Shown here in pieces: positions 50,157 to 63,199 of a stretch of 64,000 bases of DNA. A program made the translations under genes and the position numbers. The stretch's first letter is position 1. Every line of letters begins with the position of its first letter. The notes under the pieces were generated by a model, which worked only from the letters and a program-made list of their open reading frames with translations, was not told the origin of the DNA and searched no databases. The stretch comes from Marsupella aquatica. Lineage: Eukaryota; Plantae; Marchantiophyta. The DNA is taken from contig OZ316896.1 of NCBI GenBank assembly GCA_973895155.1, forward strand, positions 15,100,684 to 15,164,683, in the 5' to 3' direction.

Positions 50157-50972
50157 GCGCTCTATCTTTTTCGCTGGGTGATATTTACCCCTGGCTTTAA
50201 TTGATTGGGCTGGGCCCCTCCCTTTATTGAAAAACTAAAAATAAAGTAAAATTGGCAAGGTTGAATGTGCATGTGGCTCCTCCCCTCTCCATCGTCCGAT
50301 GCAAAATAATCTGACGGCCTGTGTGGCGCGCTCACTTCATAGGGAGATCACAACCGCTACAATAGTTTCCCCGATAATAATATGTTTGAGGAATTTGGGG
50401 GCTTTTCGCTTCGAAATTGACCATTGCTCCCAATTCTGAAAACAGCTTCAGAAATGGCGGAGCCCAATAAATCATGGGGCAAACTTTTCTCCTCTCGTCG
50501 TTGTTTCTCCTCTGTTTCTTTGATCGCCTGATCGCATAAATAATGATTTGTCTGATGTCTTCCAACATTCGAGGTTCTCTGGAAGGCAAAGAGACAGACG
50601 ACCTAACAATTATACTATTTGCAAACATTTATCCTCTTCTGTCGGACCTCTCTCGAGTTTGTAATTGCATGTCGTCCACGGCTTCAGATTCTCTGGAAGG
50701 CAGCGAGGCGAGAAGGACAAGAACCCAATTCATCACTGGCGAAATCGTCTCCTGCTCTGTCTCTCTGCGAACTTTCTGATCGCATGTCTTCATATTCTGA
50801 ACGGCAAGAGACGAGAATAGGAGACGAGAGGCGAAACCAAGCAAAGCAAAGTGAATGATGCGCTGAGAAGAATCTGAGGACTACGAAAATTCGATCGTCA
50901 GAAATTGGAAGTAGTGGTTGTAGTGGTGGGTGGGACGGATTTGGGTGTAAATTAGTCTGGCAGCAGAAGGCA

Positions 50973-52184
50973 ATGGCTTTGAGTGCTGCTACTGTCACTT
51001 CTGCGCAATCATCCGCCATCTCCTGTTGTTGTAGTTCGATCACTACTGCTGCTTCTGAGAGACTTCAGGGAAGATTCATTCGGAGTTGTATAAGGTCCAA
51101 CAGGAGCTTCTCGTCAGCGCAAAAGGTTTTGCTGGGTTTCAGAAAGGATCGGAGTAGTAGTGGTAGTAGTAATTGGCTTGTGCAGCACATGCAAATCCCT
51201 CGTATCCAGCAAAAGATCATGGCAACTCTTGGGGAGAAGACAGAGGAACCTGAGGTTGAGAAGAAAACGGAAGAGTACTCGGAAAATATGCAGCAGGCTA
51301 TGGGGACGGTTCTCACCTACAGGCACGAATTGGGAATGAACTATAACCACGTTTTGCCGGACCTGATCGTGGGTTCCTGTCTTCAAACCCCTGCTGATGT
51401 GGATCATCTCAAGGAGGCAGGAGTGGGTACAATTTTCTGCCTGCAGCAAGATCCGGACCTTGCTTATTTCTCGGTTGACGTCGGGGCAATTCAAGACCGA
51501 GCGGGAGAGCTTGAGGGTATTGAGCACATTAGAGCTCCGATAAGGGATTTTGATGCATATGATCTCCGTTTGAGATTGCCCAAGGTGGTGGCAACTTTGT
51601 ACAAAGCAGTCAAGAAGAATGGGAAGATCTCTTATGTTCATTGCACTGCAGGGCTTGGAAGGGCGCCAGCCGTGGCCTTGACTTACATGTATTGGATTGG
51701 TGGTTATGACCTATTTGAAGCTAATGCTATGCTGCAGAGTGTCCGCCATTGCCATCCTAAGTTGGATTCCATCAAAGCTGCCACTGCGGATCTTTTGACT
51801 GGTAACTCTGCAAAGAAGGTTTTGTTATCTTGGAAAAGAGGAGCTTGTGAGAGCGTTGAGATTGCTGGACTTGATGTTGGTTGGACTGAGCGGATTGCCC
51901 TCCAGAGAGGAAACGATGGCCATTTTTATGCGGAGCGAGATATACCTTTCGGCCGATACGAGTTCAAGTATATAGTAGATGGAAACTGGACCAACAATCC
52001 GGACATTCCTGTGACCCAGCCTAACAAGGATGGGCATGTGAACAACTATATTGAGGTAAAAGGTGATGGTGCTGATTCAGAATTTTGGGAATTCAGAAAG
52101 CAGATAATGGCGGATGATTTTGTACTAACTGAAGATCATAGGAAAATTATACGGGAAAAACTAGAATCTCTGGCAGATGAGTAG
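50973..52184 (+). CDS. SEX4: Plastid phosphoglucan phosphatase, SEX4/DSP4 type (transit peptide, DSP, CBM48), single coding exon
   Basis: YRHELGMNYN..LPDLIVGSCLQTP, catalytic HCTAGLGR (CX5R), CBM48 GRYEFKYIVDGNW...NKDGHVNN, Ser/Ala-rich N-terminus. Confidence 0.93.
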   Translation: MALSAATVTSAQSSAISCCCSSITTAASERLQGRFIRSCIRSNRSFSSAQKVLLGFRKDRSSSGSSNWLVQHMQIPRIQQKIMATLGEKTEEPEVEKKTEEYSENMQQAMGTVLTYRHELGMNYNHVLPDLIVGSCLQTPADVDHLKEAGVGTIFCLQQDPDLAYFSVDVGAIQDRAGELEGIEHIRAPIRDFDAYDLRLRLPKVVATLYKAVKKNGKISYVHCTAGLGRAPAVALTYMYWIGGYDLFEANAMLQSVRHCHPKLDSIKAATADLLTGNSAKKVLLSWKRGACESVEIAGLDVGWTERIALQRGNDGHFYAERDIPFGRYEFKYIVDGNWTNNPDIPVTQPNKDGHVNNYIEVKGDGADSEFWEFRKQIMADDFVLTEDHRKIIREKLESLADE

Positions 52185-52273
52185 AGCTTGTGCAGTGCTA
52201 GTGGCACTACATCGCTACTAGAATCTCTGGCAGATGAGTAGAGCTTGGGTATTGCTAGTGGCACTCCATCGCT
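52160..52273 (+). repeat. 57-bp tandem duplication spanning the SEX4 stop codon
   Basis: ACTAGAATCTCTGGCAGATGAGTAGAGCTTG...GCTAGTGGCACT.CATCGCT at 52160 and 52217. Confidence 0.92.
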
Positions 52274-53645
52274 GCAGTCAAGATCGGCTATTTCCCAGCA
52301 GCACCATGTTGCCTAATGCCCTAATATTGGCTTTGACGTTGGCATAGCAAAGGGAGGAAACTGACTGAATTGCAAGCTGGGTATCAGAAGCAAGAGGCCA
52401 AACTAGAGATTTTCCAAGAGTGGTGCTGCAGCGCTGTACTTGTATCTGCCTCGAAAGAGATTTTGATATCAATAAAAATCAGGAACATATATAGAAACGG
52501 CAACCCACAATTGGATCGATGCCCCCGAGCGATAAGAATCAGGCCCTGTGCTTTTGATCACCAGATGGGAAATGCAGCGGTATGTACCCCGTTAATGATG
52601 TTTGTAAGTGCATTGTAAGTAGAAAATACACTCTCTCCCGTTTCTTGTAAACTTGTTTAGTGAAGTGTATATTTCTGAGAGTGAAGATCGACAATACCAC
52701 ACAGGCTACAATTGCAACCAACAAGTAGCTACCTAGATCTTACCCGAGAAAACTGAAAGGACTAAACAAATGCGAACAAATGTGCCGAACATTTTATCGA
52801 CAAAGCACGTGAAGGACGGTCCAAGTCTTTCTGACTGAGTCAACCTTTCCAAGTAGGTCCCATTTCATCTTTCACCTTTTGCAGAATTTCTTCTTCAAAA
52901 ATTGCCAAGTAAGTTTTGTTCACAACTTGTGTTCAGGGACCCCAGTTTTTCTGAAAGATTTAGATCTGAGAGTTTTCCGGGCAGCTTGGCTTCTTTGTTG
53001 GAGCGAAATTGTGATGTGTCCCCCATACCGTACAGGGGTTGATATGTTTTGAAAGAAAGCAAATGGGAGCATCGTAAGCATGATTGTCGCAATTTCAACG
53101 CAACATACATCCTCAAGGAATATTTGATCGTTCATAGTATTGCATTTGACAAACCAACTCATCTAAGACAACCCCAAGACTCTTCGGCACAATTGTCAAT
53201 GAAAGTAGACCCTTGACACGTTTCAAACCAAGGATTTGAAACTAGAGCCTCGCTGTACTGAGAAGGTTTCAAATCAGGAATTTGAAGCCCCGTTTTTCTA
53301 CACAGATCGAGGAGGCTTTAAACATCTGGACTTCCCTCCTTCAACAAAATGTCATTATCTTACTATCACAAAACGTCGAGGACCGTAATGAGCTCCGATA
53401 GGGCAACACGAACAGCTGAATTGTCAAAAAGATCTTTCACTCAGAATCCCCCATTAATGCATCCTGTTCTTTCGATAATCCGGAGCCGCGCTCAGGAAAC
53501 AGATCCGAACTTTCGTTCAGCTATGGCTCGCCCCCAAAGGCAAAACCCACACAAAATTCAGAATGGAGTGACGAACTAGTAAGCGCACTTGCTTATTGGC
53601 TTCTTGCATAGAAAGACTCTAGCCTTCGATCAGAATATTTCACAT

Positions 53646-54353
53646 TTACTTAGCGGCTGCTGCTGCTGCCGCCGCTGCCGCTGCAGCCCGTTTCGCGAAC
53701 AGTGGCTTGAGATACGCCAAACTTTCTTCTCCTGATGGAATGGCAGAGTTCACACTTGGGCGCGCCCTGGTAGCCTCAATCCACTTGTGAAGGCGAGGCA
53801 GCTCATCGGGGCCGGGAACCACCATACCAGCCATATTCTCCAGGAGTACCAGAGCATTGCAGAGTGGAGCCAGGACCACATCGAGATATCCGAACTTGTC
53901 TCCAGTGAAGAAAGGACCATCAGCTGCGAAACTGGTCATGCCGGACTCCAACGTTTTTAGGGATGCCAAGATCCCCTCATTGGCCGCTTGCTTCTCTGGA
54001 CTTCCGGGCTTGGTTCTGAAGCTGTCCGTTATCGTGACGAAGGCCTTGTAAACGTAGTCGGACCAGAATCTAACCTGGGATCGCTCGTAGGCGTCCTTGG
54101 GCATCAATGGAGCATGGTCCGGAAATGCATCTTCCAAGTATTCTAGAATGACGAGGGATTCCGCCAGCGGCTTACCGTTGTGAAGGATCGCGGGGACTTT
54201 CTTATGGATGGGATTGGCTTGCAGTAGGGCCTCAGGTTTGTTGGCCAGATCCACTGTGACGACCTCGAAAGGGATTTTCTTCTCCATCAGCGCAATATGC
54301 ACCCGTTGTCCAAACGGAGACATCCTGGTGGTGAAAAGCTTAATTTCTGCCAT
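53646..54353 (-). CDS. Glutathione S-transferase, tau class, single coding exon, poly-Ala C-terminus
   Basis: SPFGQRV.IAL.EK, DLANKPEALLQANPIHKKVP..HNGKP..ESLVILEY, YERSQVRFW, FFTGDKFGYLD. Confidence 0.93.
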   Translation of the reverse strand: MAEIKLFTTRMSPFGQRVHIALMEKKIPFEVVTVDLANKPEALLQANPIHKKVPAILHNGKPLAESLVILEYLEDAFPDHAPLMPKDAYERSQVRFWSDYVYKAFVTITDSFRTKPGSPEKQAANEGILASLKTLESGMTSFAADGPFFTGDKFGYLDVVLAPLCNALVLLENMAGMVVPGPDELPRLHKWIEATRARPSVNSAIPSGEESLAYLKPLFAKRAAAAAAAAAAAAK

Positions 54354-56235
54354 GGTGGTATGGTGGAAGAAGACCGACCGGTGCTAGTCCTTAGTCTATC
54401 TCTCAACCGAACCCCTTCGAGACTGGGACAAAATGACGTTGACAAGTCACTTGGCGGCCGGCTGTTGCAATAAACAAAACACCAGGCGAGGACATAAACA
54501 TGTTAACAAACTGAGGAAGGCCTCACATCCGATCGAAGCTGGTCAGTTTTCCAAAACCAGACAAGTAGGAACTGTCGCAGAAACCTTCAAATCCTATTGT
54601 TATCTGCCGCAGCTCCTTTCGTGTGAGAATTGAGGAAACAGCAGACGATGCCTTGCCTCAGCCGGGTACGATCGCGTTAACAGGGGAGATTAAGGGTGAC
54701 TGCCTTGGATGGAAGTCACCTATACCTTCCACCTGAGATGGACAGCATAGAAATAAGGAGGCAATCCATTCGTCTGCGAGCTTTCTATGCCGCTAAGTAT
54801 GCGATCCGAGTTACGAAGGCCCGCTTCAGCACAATCATCACCTACATCGTCAATACTATCTCCGAAAACACCAAAAACACACCCAAAGACTACGACTGGG
54901 ACAAGTTCCCATTCAGAAGGAGTATGACTCATTGCCTCACTTCATCAAACACCAGCAAATCACTCGAAATTGCGGAACATTGAACTCAAGACGAAGGGCA
55001 GGCATGCGTTCCAATCAATGACTACCCACACCCAGAGAGCTAGTTCGTGCTGAAGACGGACGACAATGCAGGAAGCTGAGACGGGATCAATCGGCACCCA
55101 CGAACCCAAATAAAATTCAGCAAACGAAAGAAGAAGGGCAGAACTGAGAATTCTTCATCTCACCTGCTTTGAGTGAGATCTGCAGAGCTGCTGGATTGGG
55201 GTAGAGCGCGGATTACAGACTGATGACCAGCTTCTGGGCGGCCTGAGTTGTGCCGAGAGTGGTGATGATATTCGTGGCTGATTTGCTGTGGATTGGATTC
55301 AGCCCAAGAGCTCTTTCTAATGCTGACCAGCACAGGAGGTGTTGATTCGTTCCACACCTTTGAGGTTGCCACCAACCACCTGCTTCCAACCTGCCAGCCA
55401 ACAAACGGAGAAGCAGCATATGCTTTCCAAAGAATTATAAAATTATAAATAAACAAAAACCCGGTAGACTGAGTAGTAGAGATGCTCACTAGTCAGTCTT
55501 CCGTGGTCAGATCTGATCTTTGCCCGGTCTGTCGCGTTGACTTCTTGACTTCATTGTGGTCATGTATTCAATCGTGTGGTGCGACAATAATTAAAGTGAA
55601 TAGTTGAAAATCATGCTCCTATGGACCAGAAGGTTTGGTCTTTTGAAAGTTGAAACCCTATGTATCACATTTACTCCAATAATTGCCGTAACTTGATCCT
55701 CGTAAATTAAAACATTTTTTGGTTTTGATAATTTGCTAGAGGAGTAGGTAAGTTACACTTCCATCATAGTGACCATGTATTTTTGGTTGAGTTATTTATA
55801 ATAGAATAGAATGTGGAGAGGTAAATTCTATTAAATTAATTTTTATTCTATCAATATGAAATATTAGGGCTTGTGTTTTTTATGTCCCCTCCTTCTCTAG
55901 TTGCCTTGACCTATAAAACTAAAAATCATCTTACTACTTATAATCATCAAGTTATAAACCCCAAATTGGTCCACAGGAGCACTTGTCCAACATGAAGGTC
56001 CATTTGGGCTTCACTTTCTGAATAGTTGCTGCAAAGGTTGCTTTTTCTGGGCACACTAATGTTATATTAAGGAGGGGGGCTGGATGCTTGATTCCTTGAT
56101 TTCATTATTGAACTTGGAATTAGGAACTGTTAGATCTCCTTAGATTTTAAGGGTGACTGTTAGATTCTAGCTAGTGGGGCCTATGACTAGCTGGGAAGCT
56201 GGCTATATGAATGGGACATAGAAACTGTAGGAATG

Positions 56236-56480
56236 CCTGACTCATAAGGGCTTTTAAGCAACAACAACATCATAGTTACAAGGTACAAGATACAACATTA
56301 AAGAAGGGATAGAGGTCCTGTAAGGAGGTACAGGTGTACCAGCAGGGTACAACTGTTAAGAGAGAGGGAGGAGCCTAGCTTCTTTCCCTTTGGAGCTTTC
56401 TACACCAAGCCCACAGTTGTATGTGAGCTCATAAGCAGCTCCTGACTCATAAGGGCTTTTAAGCAACAACAACATCCGAG
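56236..56480. repeat. 36-bp direct repeat ~205 bp apart
   Basis: CCTGACTCATAAGGGCTTTTAAGCAACAACAACATC at ~56236 and ~56441. Confidence 0.85.
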
Positions 56481-57204
56481 TGGCAACAAGAGTGAGAGTG
56501 ATGAGGAAGCAATGACGACGACGAGGGAGATGACCCTGGCCCTCGCCTGGACCCAACCAGAGTATTTTTTAGGTGCAAAATGCATACTATTCACCACTCT
56601 CCCACCAAATCATGGACCCCATTTCCCGCCCCATTTTCCAGAATCTAACAGTTGTCCGTGAATCTAGGGATATTTGACAATCGGGATATAATTGAGGAAA
56701 TTTTGATAAAGAATATTCCTAGCATCTCCTACCTTGAAGAGGCTTACATTTTCCACACTAGATAAAAACCAAAAATGTTCAAAAATATGCTGGACCCAAC
56801 ATCTCAGGGTGAAATGAAACCCCATGCGTACTTAGGGTCCCATCCCCAACCCTAACTCAACTTCTTGCCCCGGGTTCCAACTCCCCGACAAGCCCTCGGT
56901 TGCCGTTATGTCTTGCCACTCTGTTTAGCAGTGGAAGAGGCAAGGGTTGGGGGCCAAAATATCGGGACCAAAGTTGGTCTAGGGGTGGCAGGTCCCCAAA
57001 AGTATATATGAAGGGACCACAGGCTCCTCTCAAACATCCAATGATTGTTTGGAAGTGTTGCAAACCACACCACCACCCCAAGGGGGTATGGTGTTGGCGA
57101 GTAAGGAGCCAAGTAAACTTGGATGAGGTTACCAAAGAGGTTCCATGCCAAGGGTAGGAAAATTGCGTTGCTGGAAAGTGGGCTGAGCCTTGCCGTTGCC
57201 CCAG

Positions 57205-57650
57205 GGGGTATTGACATTGGGGCGGCCAAAGCCAAGCAAGCGCCCACGGCCAACTTTAAGCAAAGTAAGATTTAAGTAACCAACTAATTAGGGTTACCAA
57301 TGGGGTTCTAGGATATATGCAAGGGGTGGGGAAAGGCCAGTTGAAAAGGCAGCCAAGCCGCACTGTAGGGGGTCTTGACATTGGGGTGGCCAAAGCCAAT
57401 TACGCAAGTGCAGCGACTTCAAGTAAAAAGCTTAACGTAACCAAAAATTTGGAGTAACCAATGGGGTTCTAAGATGCAAGGGGTGGCAAGGAAAGGTTAC
57501 CACAAAACAATATATAACTGCCCAATCCTTTTATGGCCCCCAAGATCTTGTAAAGCAAATGCATGACCATGATATTGTTTTTTGTGGTGAATTTACATAT
57601 AGTGTACTGGGAATCCTTTTATGGCCCCCAAGATCTTGTCAAGCAAATGC
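57205..57650. repeat. Two local degenerate duplications inside TE-like sequence
   Basis: TTGACATTGGGG.GGCCAAAGCCAA...CCAATGGGGTTCTA twice; AATCCTTTTATGGCCCCCAAGATCTTGT.AAGCAAATGCA twice. Confidence 0.75.
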
Positions 57651-58629
57651 AGCTAGTGATGCTCGAGTAATTTGCTAAAAGACAGGTTGGGGACCCACTC
57701 CACCTGAATGTCAAACTATTCTTTGGCTAGAGTATTTCTAGATGTGACAAGAGTAGATCTTATGAAGGACTTGCGGGTCCACATTTAATGCAAATGACTC
57801 AATATAGGAAGGTACCAAGGGGCCAGAACAAAAAACCTCCAAAAATGGTCTAAAATTTGGGATAAAATTATGCTACACATCAGGAAAACTGGGCCCCACT
57901 CCATTCCAGGTAAGATCAGCAATAGGTTAGGTTGAAAGTGCCCCCAACCTCTTGTAAAAAAAGCAACAATTCTCTCCAATGGATGACCCTGTTCCCATCT
58001 TGGAGTAAAAAAACGTGGAAGCCATCAACTTCTTGTATAGCTACCCTAAGCCGATGGTTGCTTCCTGACGAAAGGACCTTCTTCAGATAGGGGGCCAGAG
58101 TCAGTGATTCAAATGCAAAATTTGGGCACAGCTATTTTCTACTTCTCCAAAGGGGGAGGGGAATTTGGAGCCAAAGGCCTGTAAACCCCTGGAGATGCTC
58201 TAACTGGACTACAAAGTACAAACCTAAAATCTAAGCTTGCCCGGAACTTTCATTTGTAAATTTGAAAGAAGTGGAAGACATCATAATATGCTAAAATAGA
58301 GAATCTTCATACCTTTGAGAGAGCATTTAGCCTTTGACTCCACCTGTATTATTTTCCTAAACATTTTTCATCATTGAATAACTCCTTCCAAAGAGAACCT
58401 AAGATAGCTTTCCCGCCCCCTTCACCCCTTGTGGCAAATTGTCTATATATCCCATTCCAAGAACACTTCCTTATCTCAGTCTCCCTTTGCAAGAATGTGA
58501 GTGACAGCATCTCAATGGGGCAAATTGGTGAGGCCATTGAAATCTAGCCCCCCTCCCCACAGCAGTATACTTCCTGCATCTCATCCCCTTTTGCAAGGAT
58601 GAGAGTTATGTCATCTTAACCAACTCAGC

Positions 58630-58830
58630 TTAGGTCACTTAGTTGGCTAGGGGATTATTTAGCATGTAAATGAAAAGGTCACAAGTTCAATCCCCCCTAC
58701 GCACACAGGGTGTGAAGGGTATATGTGTGTGGGTGGGATCTCAGGGGCCTCACTCTAAATGGGGTCTCATATCACGCTGACGCTTTTAGCTATTAAACAA
58801 CTTAAAAAATAAGAAGAAAAAAAGGAACTA
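58630..58830 (+). mobile_element. Possible tRNA-derived SINE remnant
   Basis: A-box-like CTTAGTTGGCTAG, B-box-like AGGTCACAAGTTCAATCCC, A-rich tail near 58805-58825. Confidence 0.35.
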
Positions 58831-59156
58831 TTTTTTACCACTATTATTTTGGAATATTCTAAAAACATTCTCAAATATTCATTTTTAAAACCATAATGTT
58901 TTTCTACAAAAAATTAAAAGTATTCTTCTCAACCCAATAAACAAACTCTATACTTACTTTTACATTATAGGTAAAAAGAAAATAAGGGAAGATCCCGGGG
59001 TGGGATGGGTTCTATGGTTAGTGGATGAGAGTTTTGATTATCTCCTGGGCTCTTGGTTGCCCACTTTGTGGCCCAGATTTAATCTCTCTCCCTCCTGTTG
59101 TGGGTGTGTGTGGGATCCGTGGGCTTCACCCTGAAATGGATTCCCTACTAAGACTG

Positions 59157-59370
59157 TATGTCATTATTGGGGGTGGGGAGAGTCCACTAATTATCATTTC
59201 AGCTGTCCCTCTTGTCCAACCCTCTATGTCATTATTGGGATGGGGAGAGTCCACTAATTATTATTTCTGCTGTCCCTATTGTCCAACCCTGATCCAACCT
59301 TTTTCTGTCTACAAAGAATGTATGTCACTGTTGGGGTGGGGAGAGTCCACTAATTAATATTTCAGCTGTC
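59157..59370. repeat. Three-copy minisatellite (core TATGTCATTATTGGG.TGGGGAGAGTCCACTAATTA..ATTTC.GCTGTC)
   Basis: Copies at ~59157, 59225 and 59321. Confidence 0.88.
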
Positions 59371-60699
59371 TGTGTTGTCCAAGGCTGATCCGACCTTTTT
59401 CTCTTGGAATTGGAATTACTTGAATCTGAATTTGAACTGGAATTGGAGTGTTATTCCTCAGTTCCTTTCAAGACAAAAACGAAGGGTGATGTCATCTCCA
59501 TGCAAGGCCAGATCACCAGATTTGTTTACTGGTCAATTCATGAGTTTTGGGGGGACCAAATGTGGCAAGTGCCAATATACTAAAACGTTTTATCAGCTAA
59601 TGAGAGTGCTATATTGCGGGACACCATCTCCCTATCTTGTTTTATTAGAAGAGATGGTTGTGAATTTTTATATAGGTATGGTCTAGCCGATGCTCTCACT
59701 TTGTATAAATTTGAATTAGCTATTTCTCCGACCTCTCTAATTTTTCAAGTCCTTAGTCTTTATATAGTTATTTTAGAAATATATATTCATATTCTAAAAT
59801 TTTCTTTTTTTGTTTAATATTCTTTTGTCTAAGATTCTTCATTATTAGGTGACAAGGTTCATCTCACCAGGCTCAACATGGACATAGCAGAAAGATGCAC
59901 TGTAGGTTATATATCCATTGGTCAAAAAATTTCCAATGTGTATGGAACCTAAATAGAGAGCCTCTCAAACTAGAGTCTAAAAGTAGAATACAAAATTAGC
60001 TTATTTCGCTTTCAATCGAAGCACTATACCCCTAAGGCACATTTCCTATTATATTCAATTTAATGTACTTGTCTCTCACCTAGACCAGAAAGTAAGGTAC
60101 ATCTCCTCGCTTTAAAGGTGTGCATTTTTTTTTCATTTACATTTTAGAATCATTGTTGTAATACATTTGAATGCAGTCGGAATGGGATAGATTCTATTTC
60201 ATAAAAAAGAGGACGAGAGCCAGCTATAGGAAGAAATGCAAACTGGCGACAAAACCACGACCAAAAAGACTGCTTCGGTTTTCACATGCACACAGGATTA
60301 TGTGTGACGTTACTTTACTTTACTTTACGTTACTTACTTCTCTATTTTTGAGTCATTTTGTAGCATACTAAATTGTTAAAAAATAGTCCAATGGTAACTA
60401 ATACAGTTAAAGTGAAAAATATGTTATCTCTTTCTTTGTATTCTTTTTATTTTTACGGTTAATAGTTACGGCATGGCGCCCCAAAAATTACCTTGCTTTT
60501 GCCACAAACAGGACAGAGTCCCTTTGGATTTACAAGATACCTGCTCTGTCCTAATGTTTGTCACCATCCTTGATGATGTGGCGCATCCTAGTGCCAGAGA
60601 ATTTGCAAGAGACCTCTAATGGGGGCCCATAACTACAATAGTTAAACTTACCAGTACTCTAAATAGGGTGCAAGCCAAATTTATTATCAATAAGCTAAA

Positions 60700-60952
60700 A
60701 TACATTGTTTTAGAACGGGCCAGCTATTCTACAACTATAATAAGGGATCCTGCCTTTTTCGTCCTTCGTCCCAATACAAAAAAGTTTATGGGCGAGAAAG
60801 ATCCATAGTGGTTGAATTTGATTAGCTGTTTTTGCTGACCATTGATGAGATAAATGTATAACTCTAGCACATATTTGCTTCCCATTGTCCCATAATGCCC
60901 CGACTAATCCCTATGGGCCTGCCCTGGTTGCAAAACACTGGCATAGGGCTCC
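60700..60952. repeat. Dispersed repeat, copy 1 (copy 2 at ~62430-62680)
   Basis: CTACAACTA.AATAAGGGATCC...GTCCCAATACAAAAA...GCACATAT.TGCTTCCC...CATAGGGCTC shared between the copies. Confidence 0.75.
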
Positions 60953-61781
60953 TACTATATAAAACGAACACAGGTATCACAATAAGAGTTTGGAAAACGG
61001 ACAGGAAAGAAATTCTTGTGGTGGGGCTTTGGGCACGCATTTCCTAGCAACACCGGTGTTGTCTACCTGGAAGGGCCAAGCGCACCGTCGCCTATGTACC
61101 TGTGGAGTGTGGACCTGGAAGCACATGAAGCAGCTTCGTCATTACTCCTCAGTGAGCCTGCGGGCATTATTGAGAAGTCCACATTATTTGAAACTGTGAA
61201 CGTGTACGAGAGAAATCCGAGTCCTGTCACGCATCATCCTCTGACTTTGGACCTCTTTTTCTTTGGACCACTCTTTATTTCCTTTTCATTGTACTTTGTT
61301 TTTTTCTCCAGGTTTTTAAACTTTGGGGGAATTCTTTTTTCGTCAGTTGTTCAGAACCATTACCTTTGGGACAGGGCGTGAAGTCTGCGCTGCAACTCTG
61401 TGCAAATAATTTTGATATTTCGCTGGTGATCGGATTCGACGTGATCACCATGAAATCTCCATGCTCAGTCAGGGTAAACTCATTCCTCTGCCGTTCTTTG
61501 ATCTAAACGAAGCTTCATGAGTTTGACTAGGACCAACAAACGCCTCCCTTATAACCCAAAATGAGAATTCCTGTTGTTACGGTATATGTGCTTGGTTCGT
61601 GCAGCCTATGACGTTATTGCTTTGTTTTGTTAGTTGTCTTCAATCGATCACTGTTGAGGTTTTTCTTCTCGGTTTCCTTGCACCATTTCTTCCAATCAGC
61701 TATTGCATCAGAACCTTCATTGTCCAGGGAGATTTTGTAGGGTTTTTAAGTAGCATGTGCTAATTGAAATGAATGTACCAG

Positions 61782-62372
61782 TCTTACTAATAATTGGTGA
61801 AGGAAAGCTACTTTAAAGGCTTGTCTAGAGTGAAACCTGTAGAGGGTAACTTAATAAGGACAAAAAGTGGCAATGATTCACAATGAAGACAAAAGTGAAA
61901 AATGAAGATGGACGAAAAAGAAAGATAGGAGCCAAGATGAACAAAAGTGACATTGAGTCTAAATAAATACAAAATTGAAATGTTTGGACAAAAAACAGGG
62001 ATGAGGGATGAGGCAAAGATGTACAAGAATAGCATTGGTACATTTTTTTTGCAAAAAACAAACTTGTCTTCATACCTATTTACGCTAGAGAAAGTGTAAT
62101 TGGGCTAATAAAGCTTGATGCAAAGCTACTTTCTAAGGCTAGCATCTAGGGTGAAACCTCTAGCCTGTAACTCTCAATAAGGGACAAAAATGACAGTAAC
62201 TAATAAATGACAAAATTGAAAAGAGAAGGGACCAAAATGAAGGGAGATAAATTAAATACAGGGTTGAGGCAAAGATGAAAAGGAAATAACATAGAAATAT
62301 AGAATGTTCATTTTTGCAAAATTGTGTTTATCTTAATCTCTATGTTTGTTCAAGAAGGGGTAGTGGGGCTAG
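61782..62372 (+). mobile_element. Two tandem non-autonomous Helitrons (61782-~62108, ~62106-62372)
   Basis: TCTTACTAATAA start, AAAGCTACTTT...TCTAG.GTGAAACCT motif twice, 3' GTTCAAGAAGGGGTAGTGGGGCTAG|T. Confidence 0.7.
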
Positions 62373-63199
62373 TACTGTCTACTCTAGTTCTTCCAAAGAT
62401 AGTCCAATGGAACTGAGAGATTGAGGAAGTAAACGGGAATATCTACAACTACAATAAGGGATCCCACTTTTTTGTCGTTCTTTGTCCCAATACAAAAAGC
62501 TCCTGGGCGGGAAAGATACACAACAGTTAGATTCGTTTGGCTGCTTTTCCTGATCATTGATGGAGGATAATGGGCACCCCTGGCACATATGTGCTTCCCC
62601 ACGCTGCCCTGTAAATGTCCCGGCCCGACTCCCTACAGGCCGGCCCTCCTTGTGTCGTGCAACGCATAAGCATAGGGCTCATAAGAATATAACAGCTTAC
62701 CTCCTCATTTCATGTTTATTGTTGCCGGTCTATCATAAAGGTGCCAAATGTCCAGAGTGTCCTTGTTATTTTGAATTATCATCAACATTTATTCATTGGC
62801 ATGCCTTTGGTTCCTGAACAAGTGGTGTACCTAGTGTTGGGAAAGCTCAACTGGAATATTTTGCTTGTGTGTTTTTCTCCCTCTGGTCACCAGCTCTGCT
62901 TTATCATCCAACACTTCCCTTGGCTTTCGTTGGAAGAAATATGCGACATTTGTGATAATTTGGATTTGACCCTACTGTCTTAGATTTTGCAGCATAAAGC
63001 TCTGCATGCAGGTCTGTTTGTTTTACCAGGGCTTTATTTCATGAAAAACTGAGCTGTTGAGATGTGGGAGGGGTAGCCAGTCTAGGAGCATTGATCAGGC
63101 AGTGGATCCTGAAGTTGATGTATGAGACATGGTTTCATGTGCATGTTTTGCCTCAGCACGGAACACGTTTCCTGTATTATTGCTGTAGGTCATCATGGA

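Noticed and set aside
51065-52037. Antisense ORFs over SEX4 (and similar ones over ABCG, RING, GST and the 617-aa ORF)
   Set aside because: Shadow frames of real coding sequence with no independent support.
59157-59370. Repeat-spacer array
   Set aside because: Only three degenerate copies, and the intervening sequences are related to each other.
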